A DNA stretch of 48,922 nucleotides from Chiloscyllium plagiosum (taxonomy: Eukaryota), in NCBI RefSeq assembly GCF_004010195.1, contig NC_057718.1:36641809-36690730 (forward strand), in the 5' to 3' direction. Each line of letters begins with the position of its first letter. Position 1 is the first letter of the stretch. The notes under the pieces were generated by a model, which saw nothing but the letters and a program-made list of their open reading frames with translations, ran no database searches and was not told the DNA's origin. Positions 36,177 through 48,922 of the stretch are shown here, in pieces. The position numbers and the translations under genes are program-made.

Positions 36177-37607
36177 CTCAGTTGAGAAAAGTTAAGAGAA
36201 ATTGCTTTTTACAAATGGTAAAATCCGTACAGTCAAGAATCAGGTCAAATAGAGAAGGATCAGAAGAAAATTTAAAAGGCAAACCACAGAAAGAGTTTGA
36301 ACAGAATCAAGTAACTATCATAAAAAGGAAATCCAAACATCTTCTACAGGCACAGTAAAAGAGTGGTTAAAGAGGAGTGAGCCAATTGAGAACTAAAAGG
36401 GGATTTATACATAAAGGCAGAGGCACAGTTAAAATAATACATGAATAATTTCTCTACCAAGGAAGATGATAGTTAAGTCACAGTGAAAGAGAAAGTAATT
36501 CATACATTTTTGTCAACCCTTCAAATGAGATAGTAGTACTTGCTAGGCTTGGTATATTTAAAGTTGATAATCCACAAAGATTCCAAGAGATGTACCCAAG
36601 GATGCTGAGAAAAAAAATAGTAGTAATTTTGGATACACTTGCCATAATTTCCCAATCTTGCTTAAACTCAGGAGTCATGGCAGAGGACTAGAGAATTGAA
36701 TTGTTACACTTATTTTTATTGAAAATGTAAAAATAAGCTCAACAACTAATAAGCTACAGTTTAACCCTGTTGATGGATAATTTGTTCAAAACCAACAATT
36801 GAAGACAAAATTAATAGTCACTTGGGTAAATGCAAGTTAAATAAAGAAATCCAGCATAAATGTGGTGACTGCAAATCATGTCACTTCCTGGAACTTTCTC
36901 ATGAGGTAACTCATGATGGGGCAATGCTGTTGATGTGGTCTACTTGGGCTTCCAAAATTTACTTGATAAAGTACCACACAACAGACTTGTGAAGGAAAGT
37001 TAGAGCTCATGGAATAAAAGAGGCAGTTCAAAATTGACAAGACAGACAGATTAGTGGTTATATGATGATTTTTATACAGGGGGAAGATTTATAGTTAAGT
37101 TCCCAATCAGCTGAAGACTCTTGCTTCTTTCGACTTAACTTAGCATAATCAAAACCTTGAAGTAAAAGGTATAAGTTTGAAGTTTGTGAAAGAATCACAA
37201 TTTCGAATCATTGTGAGGATAATTCGGAATTTCAAATGGACATATATTGACAAAATGGTAAACAAGTGGCAGACGAAATTCAGTGCAGAGAAATGTGAAG
37301 TGATGCAATTTTGCATTAAGACTACTTAAGGGTAGGATTCTAATTAGAATGCTGGAGGAGAGGTATGTGTACAATGTACAGAAAGCAACAGAATAAGCTG
37401 ACAGTGCAGTTACAAATTGCTCAGTTTCTGAGGCCTTGTTACTAGGAGCATAGAATATAAAAGTAAGGAGTCTGTTATATACATGCAAGGACCATGTCTT
37501 TAGTTTTTTTCAAAATGCACAAGAATACTGAAATAAAGAGCGGTTAACCATGAACAAACTTTATCCCCTCTGATCCTAGGTCATCGAATAGAAACAATGT
37601 GGAAGCA

Positions 37608-37985
37608 GGGGCAGCATGGTGGCTCAGTGGTTAGCACTGCTGCCTCACTGGGTTCAATTTTACTTACGGGCGACTCAGTGTGAAGTTTGCACATTCTCCC
37701 TGTATCTGCATGGGTTTCCTCCGGGTGCTCTGGTTTCCCCACTCAGTCCAAAGATGTGCAGGTTAGATGAATTGGCCATGCTAAATTGTCCAGTGCCCAG
37801 GGATGTACAGGTCAGAGGAATTAGCTGTGGGAAATGCAAGATTACAGGGATGTTGGTTGGGTGGGGTGGGGGTGTCTGCGTGCTTGCGGGCATCTGTCTG
37901 TGTGGGATGTTCTCTGAAGGGTCGGTGCAGACTCAATGGGCCAAATGGCTTACTTTCACACTGAAGGGATTCTATTCCACTCTGT
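37608..37985 (+). mobile_element. HE1 SINE
   Basis: ggggcagcatggtggctcagtggttagcac head, V-domain, tail cacactgaagggattctattcc. Confidence 0.9.
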
Positions 37986-40900
37986 TGTAAAAACCAGCTT
38001 GGAAAAAATAGCTGCAATTTTCAAAGCATTTTCAAAACCATTGCAGGTATTACACACAAATGCGTAAGCAAGCAGTGATCAAAGTTCAGATTGCAGGTAA
38101 TCTAGAGGCAAAAATGGGTGCTGATAGAGCTCTTGTTGGAAACAAATTGATTGGGTGAGTGACAGTTATCAATGACAAAGATTTTTTGCTTGCCAACATC
38201 TGTGAAATTGGTGTTTGGGTGGCTGAGCAGCTTACAGCTGGAAGAAAGTTACAGGGACAAAATCACAGGAGTAAGAGTGCAGATCTCCCAACCCAGAAGC
38301 TGGCTGATCACTGCTGTCAAAACTCAGTTTAAATCTGAAGAAAACCAGTTGCATTGCCTACAGGAATTGCAAACCGTATAAGCTTCCGAGTTGATATATC
38401 GGAGATATTTTCTCAGTGAATCAAATACTCTGTACTGCTTACAAACCAGAAAGAAAAGACAACTAAACAAGGGATGGATCTGTCAAGCCAAAGCAGCATC
38501 TCAACATCAGAACCAGCAAACAAAGACCACTGAACTGACTTTCCAATTTTTCTATCTTTACCATTAATTTGTTTTCCCTATTTTCAATTGTGTTCATATG
38601 CATGAAAAAGAGGAAGTTAATAAAGGGGAGTTTATTAAGAGATTAGAATTATAAATAATTGGGTTTGTCAGTGGTTTATATCTGCGTATCTATAGCTATA
38701 GCTTAATACTTGTAACATATAATAATTCTGGCCACGTACACAAATCTTCTCCATGTTTTCTTTAAACCTTGGTCTGAAAGCCAGGTGAATTGGTGTTTGT
38801 GCTTACTGTATAAAAAAAACCTTCAATATTTGGTGTGACTCCAGGAATACTAGTGCTCAATTGATGGTGCGCTAACCCAGTGGGCCATAACACAAGAATG
38901 ATTTGGTGGCAACTGGAGCATTGCATCCAGTTCTAGTTGCCACATCTTAGGAAAGATGTATATGTGTTGGGAAGGATGCTAAAAAAAATGAAAATAGTTG
39001 CAGGAATAGGAAATTCTGTTACATAGATATATCAGAGAAGCTAGGACTAATTTATAAGAGGAGGATTTGATGGTTCATTCAAGATCATGAGGTCTGGATA
39101 GAGTCGATGAGAGTGATGTCTCTCATGGCGGAAGGATTGAGAAAAGAGGAAACAGATTTAAGGGATAAAAAACAGCAGCATGAAAAGCTTTTTACTTATA
39201 CAGCGAGGTGGTAGGATCTGGAATGCAATGCTGTGAGGTGCAGGTTTGATCAAGGCATTCAAGAATGAACTGGATTATTGTCAGAAAATTTAAGAATGCA
39301 CAGGGGTATGTACAGAATGTGTGAATTGGGGCGAGGTGACATTTTTTCTTACAAACAGCCAAATGATGCCTTTTACCCTGTATTCAACCTGTGATATTAG
39401 AACTGAAAACTGGCGCTCATGGGGTGTTCTGGGGATAGACTGGACGAGTGGAATATGGAGCTCTGGATTTCAGTTCATCATGGAGCCAATCAGAGAATGG
39501 GAGAATTGTGTGTACTGTAGGAAATAAACTGAGCAGGAAGGAAACATGTCATTTTAACAAGAAACAAACATTATTCTAAAGAGCAGTTTTTTAAAATTAA
39601 ATTTGTAAAGGGCTAACTGGTTGTTTAACATATATAAAATGCAGCAAGACAAGGGACATGTGGGGCCGGTTACACTCTTTCACCTCCAAAAACTGGGGTC
39701 AAAATCAACCCAAGGGCATGGACTGAAAGTCTCCAGACATCTGCTATGGATTTTAAAATAGGATTAGTTCCATGGGATTAAATTCCATGGGATTATGATC
39801 TCTTCACAAAAAACTATTCATTAATTCACCAGTGATACTAATTCAGCAATCTAACGCCTAAGCATGCACTAACAGTAGAAGAAACATACTGCTTTGACAG
39901 CACATTTCCACGCTAACACCACATTGTTGAGCCATGATGTCACCATGCATAATCTCATCAATTCAACATTAACTTTCCTTTAAACAATTAAAGGTATTTT
40001 AAATGTACATGTATTCACAAATGAATTGTAGCCTGAAATGTTTTACAAAATACAAAAGTAATTTCAAGTTTGCCCATCCTAATTTTAAATTGAACCTGGT
40101 TGATTTGCAGATTCTGTTACATATTCCACACCAGCCAAGAGACAGGAAACAGATTAACTGCATACAAGGAAATGTTGATTTAAGCATTTTAAAACAAACT
40201 TTAAAACATCTTTATTTGTGACAGTCTGATTGCCATATCAAAAAAAAACTTAGTTTTGATGGAAAATCAAACCACAGTGGCCTAAATTTTGCTGCCAAAT
40301 CAACTACATTTTTAATACATACATCACCCAGCAATTTGCTTCGAGAAAGGGACATCAGGGGCTCATACTACTCAATCTCCTTTCATAGGACAAGTCTTTT
40401 ATTCCCGGAAGCAATATGGCATTGATAGTAAAGAAAATATGGGACATTTCCTTTATGGGAACTAGTGTTTTCTAAACAAAAACAATGAAATATCAACCAT
40501 GAATCCCCAATCCCAATGTTGTTTCTAAATTATAACATGTATGAAAATTCAGCGACAGGGATGTTCAATTTAAGAAAACATGCTTCTACCATTAGGGCAT
40601 TCACATGATCTTCGAAAATCTTTTAAAAAGCCAAGAATAAAAGCAACCTGAAAACTTTTCCATGAACTTTGCAAGCTATATTTATTAATGCTGGACTTAT
40701 TTCGGCAGAAGCACAGTATTTGCATATGCAATTGCATCTTTCAGAAAGCATTAGCTAAATATTTACCTTTGTGTAGAGACAACACTGGAATAAAATAATT
40801 TCTAACTTATCAGGTTGAACTTGACAATCATACATCACAAAGAACATAAGGTAATATGTGGTGAATTGTCAGTAAGTTGAAATGTGTTGAGAAAACATAG

Positions 40901-41068
40901 CAGCTAAAACAAGCCATGCAAATAAGGATCTTGAATCTGGTCAACTTCACCTCTCCATTTAACTAACCCCAGTCAATTGTACTGTATCATCCATCAGTCT
41001 AACAGAAGTCATTTAGCGCTGCACATTAGAAGGATAAGCAACACCTATCCTGTAATATAAAGACTTAC

Positions 41069-41365
41069 TGGGCTGCACAGTAGTTCAGTGGTTAGCACTG
41101 CTGCCTCACAGCACCAAAGGCAGAAGTTCGATTTCAGCATTGGGAGACTGCCTGTGTTAAGTGTGCACATTCTCCCCATAGGTTTCCACCTGGTGCTCTT
41201 GTTTCCTCCCACAGTTCAAAGATGCGCAGTTTAGCTGAATGGGCCAAGCTAAATTGCCCCTGGCATATTAGCCATGGGAAATGCAGAGTTAGGAGGATAG
41301 GGTGGAAGGTTGGGTTAGGGTGGAATGCTCTTTGGAGGATCAGAACAGATGATTCTATAATTCTA
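41069..41365 (+). mobile_element. HE1 SINE, diverged
   Basis: gggctgcacagtagttcagtggttagcactgctgcctcacagc; V-domain. Confidence 0.88.
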
Positions 41366-41367
41366 AG

Positions 41368-42140
41368 TATCAGATTACAACAGGGTCTGGACCAGATGGG
41401 CTAATAGGCTGAGAAGTGGCAGATAGAGTTTAATTCAGATAAATGCGAGGTGCTGCATTTTGGGAAAGCAAATCCTCGCAGGTCTTAATGGTAAGGTCCC
41501 AGGGAGTGTTGCTGAACAAAGAGACCTTGGAGTGGAGGTTCATAGCTCCTTGAAAGTAGAGTCGCAGGTAGATAGGATAGTGAAGGCGGCGTTTGGTATG
41601 CTTTCCTTTATCGGTCAGAGTATTGAGTACAGGAATTGGGAGGTCATGTTGCAGCTGTATAGGACATTGGTTAGGCCATTGTTGGAATATTGCGTGCAAT
41701 TCTGGTCTCCTTCCTGTCGGAAAGTTGTTGTGAAACTTGAAAGCGTTCAGGAAAGATTTACAAGGATGTTGCCAGGTTTGGAGGATTTGAGCTACAGGGA
41801 GAGGCTGAACAGGCTGGGGCTGTTTTCCCTGGAGCGTCGGAGGCTGAGGGGTGTAGAGGGCATAGGTTTAGGGTGAGAGAGAAAAGACATAAAAGAGACC
41901 TAAGGGGCAACGTTTTCATCCAGAGGATGGTACGTGTATGGAATGAGCTGCCAGAGGATGTGGTGGAGGCGGATACAATTGCAACATTTAAGAGGCATTT
42001 GGATGGGTTTATGAATAGAAAGGGTTTGGAGGGATATGGGTCGGATACTGGCAGGTGGAACTAGATTGGGTTGGGATATCTGGTCGGCATGGACAGGTTG
42101 GACCGAAAGGTCTGTTTCCATGCTGTACATCTCTATGACT
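41368..42140 (+). mobile_element. Young CR1/HER1 3' fragment with internal deletion near 41853
   Basis: LYRTLVRPLLEYCVQFWSP..ERRRLRG jumps directly to agagggcataggttta; family 3' end present. Confidence 0.93.
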
Positions 42141-42657
42141 AAGTATCTATTGTTGGATCAGAGCTCCTAAATACCATAAATCAAGGAATTACCTTGTACT
42201 AAAAAAAACATTTTTTTCCTATGAGGTCAAGACACAATTGTGGACCATTTCAGTACATTATCTCAGGAATTAATCAACATTGCCATTCCATCCTATACTT
42301 TTATAAACTCAAACTAATTTAAAACCAAAACCATTGAAATTCTTCTCACCTGGTGCTGCTATGTTCAATAATCCAGTTTGGTTCCTAGCCCACAATGCAT
42401 AAACTTAAGATTCTCATTTTGAAATCCCTCTGTGGCCTTACTCTATCCAGCTTCTACAAACATTTTCAGCCTTAAACCCATTCTCAACACCCCACATTTT
42501 ATGCTCTCATTCTTTTATTTAACTTTTTTTATATCCTTTCTCTTTGACTGTAATGCTAATTACTTATTCAAAACCCTTTTTTATTTTTCTTTCCCTTTTA
42601 AGTCCAAAGTTAAAATCTCAATAAGCCTTCTTTGTAAATTTTTCATCACATCTCCTC

Positions 42658-42700
42658 NNNNNNNNNNNNNNNNNNNNNNNNNNNNNNNNNNNNNNNNNNN
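42658..42700. other. Assembly gap (43 N) next to a (CCCCCA)n tract
   Basis: Run of N seen directly. Confidence 0.99.
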
Positions 42701-43729
42701 CCACCCCCACCCCCACCCCTCTCCAGACTCTGTATTGGTTTTCTTCACAACTCTGAAGCAGCTGGGAATGCCCATCAAGGATGTCAATGCCATATAAATT
42801 CACATCGTCGCTAATGAGAGTGATTCCACGAGTATCACTAGTCACAAATAACCTGTGCTCATGCAGAAGCTTTGACAAAGAGTTCTCAACTGATGTGGGC
42901 ATGTACATTTTTAGCTAGGATTGTCAAGAAGCAATCAGGTACTCCTGAAAATTTTTCCAAACTGGTTCTTAAACCAATGGAGGAAGTAGAAATTAAGGTT
43001 AACTGTAGGATCTCAACCTCAACAGTCACAATCAGTTAACCAGTATTGACCAGATTAAAACTGGGACCTTCCTCGTCGCTATGACTTTATAATTAGAAGG
43101 ATTTCTTTACCAAACAAACTGAGCACAGAGTTATCATAACATCTAAATCGATGCCGTAACTTCTAATAGACAAACCATGTAATCCAATTTTTCTTAAAAA
43201 AAATTGGAAATGGCAATCTGATTACAAGCAGTACAATATAAAATCATAGTAAAAATTCAGATCTTTACATCTGTAGCAATACAAGAAAGCTGGAAGCAGC
43301 TTATCATACATTTGAATAAAGATGCTGGCAAGTCAGAATGTGCATTTCTGCTAAGTCAAACTTCAGCACTTTCAATCTCCATATCTCAGAAATAACTCAG
43401 AATAGCAGGCATCTCAGGAAGTTACACAGACGCAATGTGAAATTTATTTCAACATCAGTTTGAGAAAAATTTCAAGAAAACGAAGCCGGGTCTTTTTCTT
43501 CCTCCCAAAAAGAGGATTAATGTGTACTTTACAGAAGGATTAATTTTCATAACCTCCTTTGATCCACTAAATCAACATTAGCCATTCCCTGCAAAATTTG
43601 GCACCCACAAGCATTTTTCATTTTAATGAGGGTTTTGTATTCAATAAAATTTGACCAACTGATTACTGGGGATCAAACAAGCAGCTACCAAATTTAAATC
43701 TGGCAGAAATGTTGCACAGCAAAATGCTG

Positions 43730-44105
43730 GATTGGTTCAGTGGTAATATATTTACCTTTAAGTTAGAATTCATGCTCCAGTCTGGGACTTGACCATATAA
43801 CCTGCACTAAGAGTTGATTTGAATGTAATTACGATGATTTGGATCAGATGTAAAAATGAAAATTAGTCTCCCTGTTCAGGTGGAAGTAAAAGATCTGACA
43901 GCACTATTCATAGAAGAGCAGACGGGGATTTCCCAGTATCCAAAAAATTTAATCATCTAACCGACAGGGAAAATTAACTGAGAATCACTTATCTTTACTT
44001 TTGGTGGAATCTTTCTGTGTATAAATAAATTTATCATAAATGCCCACATAAGATCAACCACACTTATGAACCAATATATTCACTGTGAAGCATTTGGAAA
44101 CTGTA
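43730..44105 (+). mobile_element. DeuSINE (SacSINE1/AmnSINE1-like), old
   Basis: tRNA-like head; Deu-domain-like caggtggaagtaaaagatctgacagcactattcatagaagagcag..ggg..tccc; tail tgtgaagcatttgga. Confidence 0.7.
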
Positions 44106-44109
44106 CCTG

Positions 44110-44902
44110 AGAAATAAGAGCAGGTGTAAACCATATAGCTCCCTGAGTTTGCCCCACCACCTAAGAGGATCATAGCAGACCTTCATCAACTCCACTTTCC
44201 GGTCTCAACCCCAAATCACATGCTTCCTCGGACTTAAAAATGCACCAGAATCTGTCTTAAATATACTCAACTGCAGAGCATAAACAGCTTTCAGAGGGGA
44301 ATTTCCATAATTCACCATTCTCTCAATCCTAAATTGCCATCCCCTTACCTTGAGATATTGTTGACTGTCCTGCCAGGAGAAATCGTCCAAGAATAAGATC
44401 TAGCTTTAAATTCTGTGAGCATGATCTTAACCTCCACAACCACCTGAAGGAGCGGCGCACTGAAAGCTAGTGCTTCCAAGTAAATTGGATTATAACCTGG
44501 TGTTGTGAGATTTTTAACTTTGTCAGCCCAGTCCACGTCAGTGATAAGAGGATAACTCAGAAATATTGTGTTAAAGTAGTTCAGCCATGATCTAGAATAA
44601 CAAAGCAGATTTGAGGGGGTGAATGGACCTATGTTCCTATGATGGCTGGTAATTGCTGAGAAGGAATTTCTTCAACAAGAGTGTGGTGAATCTGTGGAAC
44701 TCATTGCCATAGAAGGCTGCGGAGGCCAAGTCACCGAGTGCATTTAAGACAAAGACAGATAGGTTGTTGATTCATAACAGGATTAAAAGTTATGGGGAGA
44801 AGGCAAGAGAACAGGGTCGAGATACATATCAACCATGATCAAATGGCAAAGCAGACTATGGGTGAAATGGCCTAATTCTGCCCCTGTATCTTATGTCCTT
44901 AT
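44110..44902. mobile_element. Cluster of CR1 3' tails (minus 44110-44380; plus 44560-44902) around a family-B hammerhead element (about 44390-44535)
   Basis: RVVNLWNSLP-type tail; cacctgaaggagcggcgcactgaaagctagtgcttcc..tataacctggtgttgtgagatttttaac. Confidence 0.75.
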
Positions 44903-45827
44903 AATTGGAAGCATGCGAGAAAGTAGAGTTGATCAGATCAGCAATGGCATACTTCTTAGATTTGTTGCATTTTTACGTCGAAAGGGAAAGGTTTCTGATT
45001 GCACTCGGCAACTTGTGGAGGAACAGAGAATCTATGATAGCAACTTTTGAATTCTGTTTTAGTGGAGCAATGACGATTAATGGTGACAATTTTACTGTCA
45101 TTACCGCTGCAACATTGGTCCAATGTATTTTGTCAGTTGAAGTATATAACATTATGGGAGACCTTAGTTACTAAGCTACTGTCTCTAAAAGACAAGCAAG
45201 AAGTTCTGAAAAATTTGCTGGGTTGCTATCGAAGAAAACTACCACTCCTTCAGCCTCTGGCTTGCTGCCCCCCTCTCTAATTACCTGAATCTCCAACTTA
45301 CTGCCTGACCCCCCACTCCCTTTGATCCCAAAAGTCTAAATGCTATGTCACTTACTCAAACACACCAGGGGAGGATATAATTTAAGAAAAAAATTCACTT
45401 TGACAAGTTTAGATGTTATGACAGTGGAAAACAAATGGACAAATTTAACTTCCAATATCTGATTTTAATACCTGGAACCTTTTACAGACTACAAATGTTT
45501 TGTAGCATGGAAAGCAAAGACTTACAATGGCCACAATGTTCAACTGAATAAGCAAATCTCCTGAAACCATTAATAAATAAAATCCACCCTGAACTGACAT
45601 TATTAATGTCACCAGAATGACCAAGACCAATCACTCAGATCAACATTTCCTCTTTGATGTGCAACTTTGGGGACATTTAGTTATGAAGGTTAAGATCTAG
45701 TTGGGAAACAATGAGGCCAGAGACAGGAATACACAAGTTAAATGTATTTCAGGTGGAAGTTTTTGGAATTGCGAATGAGCAAGAGAGATGGAAGGAGGGA
45801 GACAGTGTGATCATGCAAGAGCAGGAG

Positions 45828-45830
<3 letters not shown>

Positions 45831-45887
<57 letters not shown>
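45831..45887. repeat. (AG)n microsatellite, about 28 units
   Basis: Perfect dinucleotide run. Confidence 0.98.
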
Positions 45888-45890
<3 letters not shown>

Positions 45891-47477
45891 GACTGGTGGT
45901 TTTGTAACTGCAAAACTAGAAGGCACTCTATATTTTCCAATATCTCTTCAGTTCTTGAAAAACAACACCTTCTAAGCAAATTGGAAAAAATACATTCACC
46001 ACGAACTCAAGGATATCGACACAATTAACCATTGCTCAGGACACAAAAGCATCAATTAAGAGACTGCAAGTTCAGGTTAAAGTTTCAAAGTCTTAAGACT
46101 TTTTCAATTGCCTAGTCTTAATTATCCTTTTTATAGTGGACAGTCTCCCTTTTTTAAATCTTAAACCTCTGCTCTTGCATGGGTTTAATGTCACAATTTG
46201 TTTTCCCCTCAGTATCACTGAGTAACAAAGTTCCTTATTCTTTCACTCTAATCTTACAACTGGCTTCCTAAATTGTTCTAATCCACCAGCGAAGTATTTT
46301 TTTTATTGAGCATGATACAGCTGCATATTAAAAAATAGAATTGAAAATCTTTGTTGCACAAAACCAAGAGGGTTAGATGGGAGCTGATTCACTCCTCTTC
46401 GCCAGGTCATGGCATTAAACAATAGTTCATGGAACATGTGTTATGTTCAAAGTAAGAAAGCTGTTGTTGCCTGTTGAAAAAGGCATTTTCAATCAGGATT
46501 ATCGCAACAGTCTCTCAAAGGGTCAGCTTTATCATGCAAGGTTTTCTTAGAGGTCAGGTTTCTGTATTGGTGAACTTGGGAAAACTACAGTCCCTAGGTT
46601 TTTAAAGACATGGATCTTATTATCTTTTGCAGCAGCTGCTATTTCTTGCTACATTCTTTGGCAAACTGATTAATTTCTCTCTGGTTCTTGGGATATTACA
46701 GTTGTTACCTGTAGCCAGTTTGAGTCACATAACCAACACTTATTGTCCAAAAGTGGTTTAAAGATACAAGCAATTGCTATACAATGGAAACTGGATGTGG
46801 GGAATGAGAAGAAGGGAGAATCTCTCCATATGCACCTGTTATAACAAACAAATTGCAGAATCCAAGCTAGGCTCTGAAATTGGAGACTAATTTTAAATGT
46901 TACGTAAACCACAAACAACAGCAGTCACAAACGGGTACCACCTGGATGTGTCATTAAATTGGAGGCACCCACCGAAGGTTATTAATTCAACAATTTCCCA
47001 GAGACTCGAGGCAGAAATGACAAAAGTCACCTGACATTTCAGCAGCCAACTTAACAGTCTCGTTAGTGCCAGTTTTTAAATAAAAGGCAATTCTAAACAA
47101 TTATATACTCAATGCAACCAATGTTTAAGGTTACAAACATAACATGCTTTATTTTATGGTCAGAGCAGCAAAAAAAAAAGGATCTGAGAGGAGGTAAAGA
47201 AAAACCACTAATAATGGGTTTGTAATTAAAGCAAGCCAAACTCTATCTAGAGGGACAGAATTGTAAAGTAAAAAGACTATGCTAAACTTGGTTTGAAATC
47301 TGCAGTAGTGTGTAAAATTTTAGTTACTGCATTACAAAAGGAATAAAAGTTCCAGGCAAGAGAGCAATAAACATTGACAATGATAATTTCACCGCACTGT
47401 AAAGTCATATGAAACAGGAAATATGAGTAGACTGGGACCCTTTCCTCAAAATTAAAAATTATTAAAATCATTAAAAT

Positions 47478-48308
47478 TCAGAGTACAACAGGATCTTGAT
47501 CAGATGGGCCAATGGGCTGGGGAGTGGCAGATAGTGTTTAATTTAAATAAATGTGAGGTACTGCATTTTGTTAAGGCAAAGCAGAGCAGGACTTATTCAG
47601 TTACTAGTAAGGTATTGGGTCGTGCTGCTAAACACAGACCTTGGAGTATAGGTTCATAGTTCCTTGAAAGTGGGGTTGCAAGTAGATAGGATAGTGAAGG
47701 CGATATTTGGTATGTTTTCCTTTATTGGACAGAGCATTGACTATAGGAGTTGGGAAGTCATGTTGTGGCTGTACATGACATTGGTTAGCCCACTTTTGGA
47801 ATATTGTGTACAATTCAGGTCTCTATGAAACGTGAAAGGGATCAGAAAATATTTACAAGGATATTGCCAGGGTTCGAGGATTTGAGCTACAGGGAGAGGC
47901 TGAATAGACTGGGGCTGTTTTCCCTAGAGCATCGGAGGCTGAGGGGTGATCTTATAGAGGTTTGTAAGATCACGAGAGGCATGGATAGGATAAATAGACA
48001 AGGTCTTTTCCCTGGGGTGGGGAGTCCAGAACTATAGGGCATAGGTTTAAGGTGAGAGGGAAAAGATATAAAAGGGACCTAAGGGGCAACTTTTTCATGC
48101 AGAGGGTGGTGTGTATGGAATGAGCTGCCAGAGGAAGTGGTGGAAGTGGGTACAATTACAGCATTTAAAAGGCATCTGGATGGGTCTATAAATATGAATG
48201 GTTTAGAGAGATAGGGACTAAAATACTGACAAATGGGACGAGATTAGTTTAGGATATCTGGTCGGTATGACCGAAGGGTCTGTTTCTGTGCTGTACATCT
48301 CTATGACT
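47478..48308 (+). mobile_element. CR1/HER1 3' fragment
   Basis: SYRERLNRLGLFSLEHRRLRGDLIEV; family 3' end. Confidence 0.93.
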
Positions 48309-48364
48309 TGTGACAGTTTCTAGGAGGTAGTTTTTCCACTTGGAGAGAATAAAGCTCGAAACCA

Positions 48365-48470
48365 GTGTTCTGAGGAACAGTTACTCCACCCGATACGTTA
48401 ACTCAGAATTCTCTACACAGATGTTGACAGATCTGCTGAGTTTTTCCAGCAATGTCCATTGTCATCTGTC
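48365..48470 (+). mobile_element. Degraded half copy of family-A hammerhead element
   Basis: ttctgaggaac..cccgatacgttaactc..agatctgctgagtttttccagcaa resembles 9390-9470. Confidence 0.55.
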
Positions 48471-48621
48471 TTACAGTATCCACAATTCTTTCAGTTTTGA
48501 ACAAATGCTGGAGCAAAAAGTAGTTACAGAAAGTAAAATAAAGAGAAACAAAGAAAGATTACATTGAGAAAGTAAGAATAAATAAAAATGGTTAAATTAT
48601 AAAAATGCACAACAATTTATC

Positions 48622-48922
48622 ACCGGAGGATTCTGGGTAATCCAAGATGGAGGACAGGAAAAATTTCTGGCTGAAAGAGCTGCTCTTTTTTTTTGAGGTA
48701 TTTTAGGTGCTGGAGGTGATTTCCTCAAATTCCAGTATCAGCAATTACTGTTTTATATGCTGTTGCATTGTTTTGGAACTTTGGAGAAAAAAAATCAAAA
48801 CAACAGCAGTTTAAAAGGGAGAAGAGCAGACAAAGGAAGCACATGGTGAGGACAGTGCAGGAGAGATAGAGAGAGAGAGAGAACCTGCACAGTTACCGCC
48901 TTTGCTGTTTGAATTCGTGTAT
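48622..48922 (+). mobile_element. Probable 5' UTR of an L1-clade element running off the window
   Basis: Abrupt start after an A-rich site; ggaggattctgggtaatccaagatggagg resembles the caagatggcgg YY1 motif at L1 5' ends. No coding sequence in the window. Confidence 0.4.

Larger units (their letters stand above)
35330..39385 (+). mobile_element. Very old CR1 LINE, fragmented by later insertions (36036-36176, 37608-37985, about 38050-38892)
   Basis: Collinear remnants: ctagacttggtccttggg (APE end), gatgtggtctacttgggcttccaaa (VDVVYLDFQK-like), agaaatgtgaagtgatgca, and from 38910 ctggagcattgcatccagttct. Confidence 0.7.

Noticed and set aside
38050..38892. Possible solo LTRs here and at about 21130-21560, 23807-24170 and 45680-46400
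   Set aside because: LTR-like composition and TG/CA-type ends suspected, but both termini and TSDs could not be established.
45711..46028. ORFs with ER/SL repeats
   Set aside because: Translation of the (AG)n microsatellite.

Overview
Vertebrate (cartilaginous fish) genomic DNA. HE1-type SINEs and HER1/CR1 LINEs point to a shark, possibly a bamboo/carpet shark (inference). The window is almost entirely intronic sequence of an EML-family gene, best matching EML4, on the minus strand. Two coding exons missed by the ORF track were found: a 183-nt coiled-coil/trimerisation exon (13707-13889) and, 20.4 kb upstream, a 67-nt ATG-bearing exon (34257-34323) that splices in frame to it and resembles the EML1/EML2 first exon rather than the canonical EML4 one. 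The rest is a dense, nested transposon landscape: young and old CR1/HER1 LINEs, five HE1 SINEs, a DeuSINE, two Penelope-like elements, an internally deleted Gypsy element with a tRNA-Leu PBS, a Tigger-like MITE and a probable L1 5' end. Most notable is a set of short non-coding inserts, several hairpin-shaped, with minimal hammerhead-ribozyme motifs; three have 11-14 bp target-site duplications and look like non-autonomous Penelope-mobilised elements. There is also a near-perfect 186-bp templated inverted duplication inside a decayed CR1. Homology statements come from recall of family sequences, not database searches.
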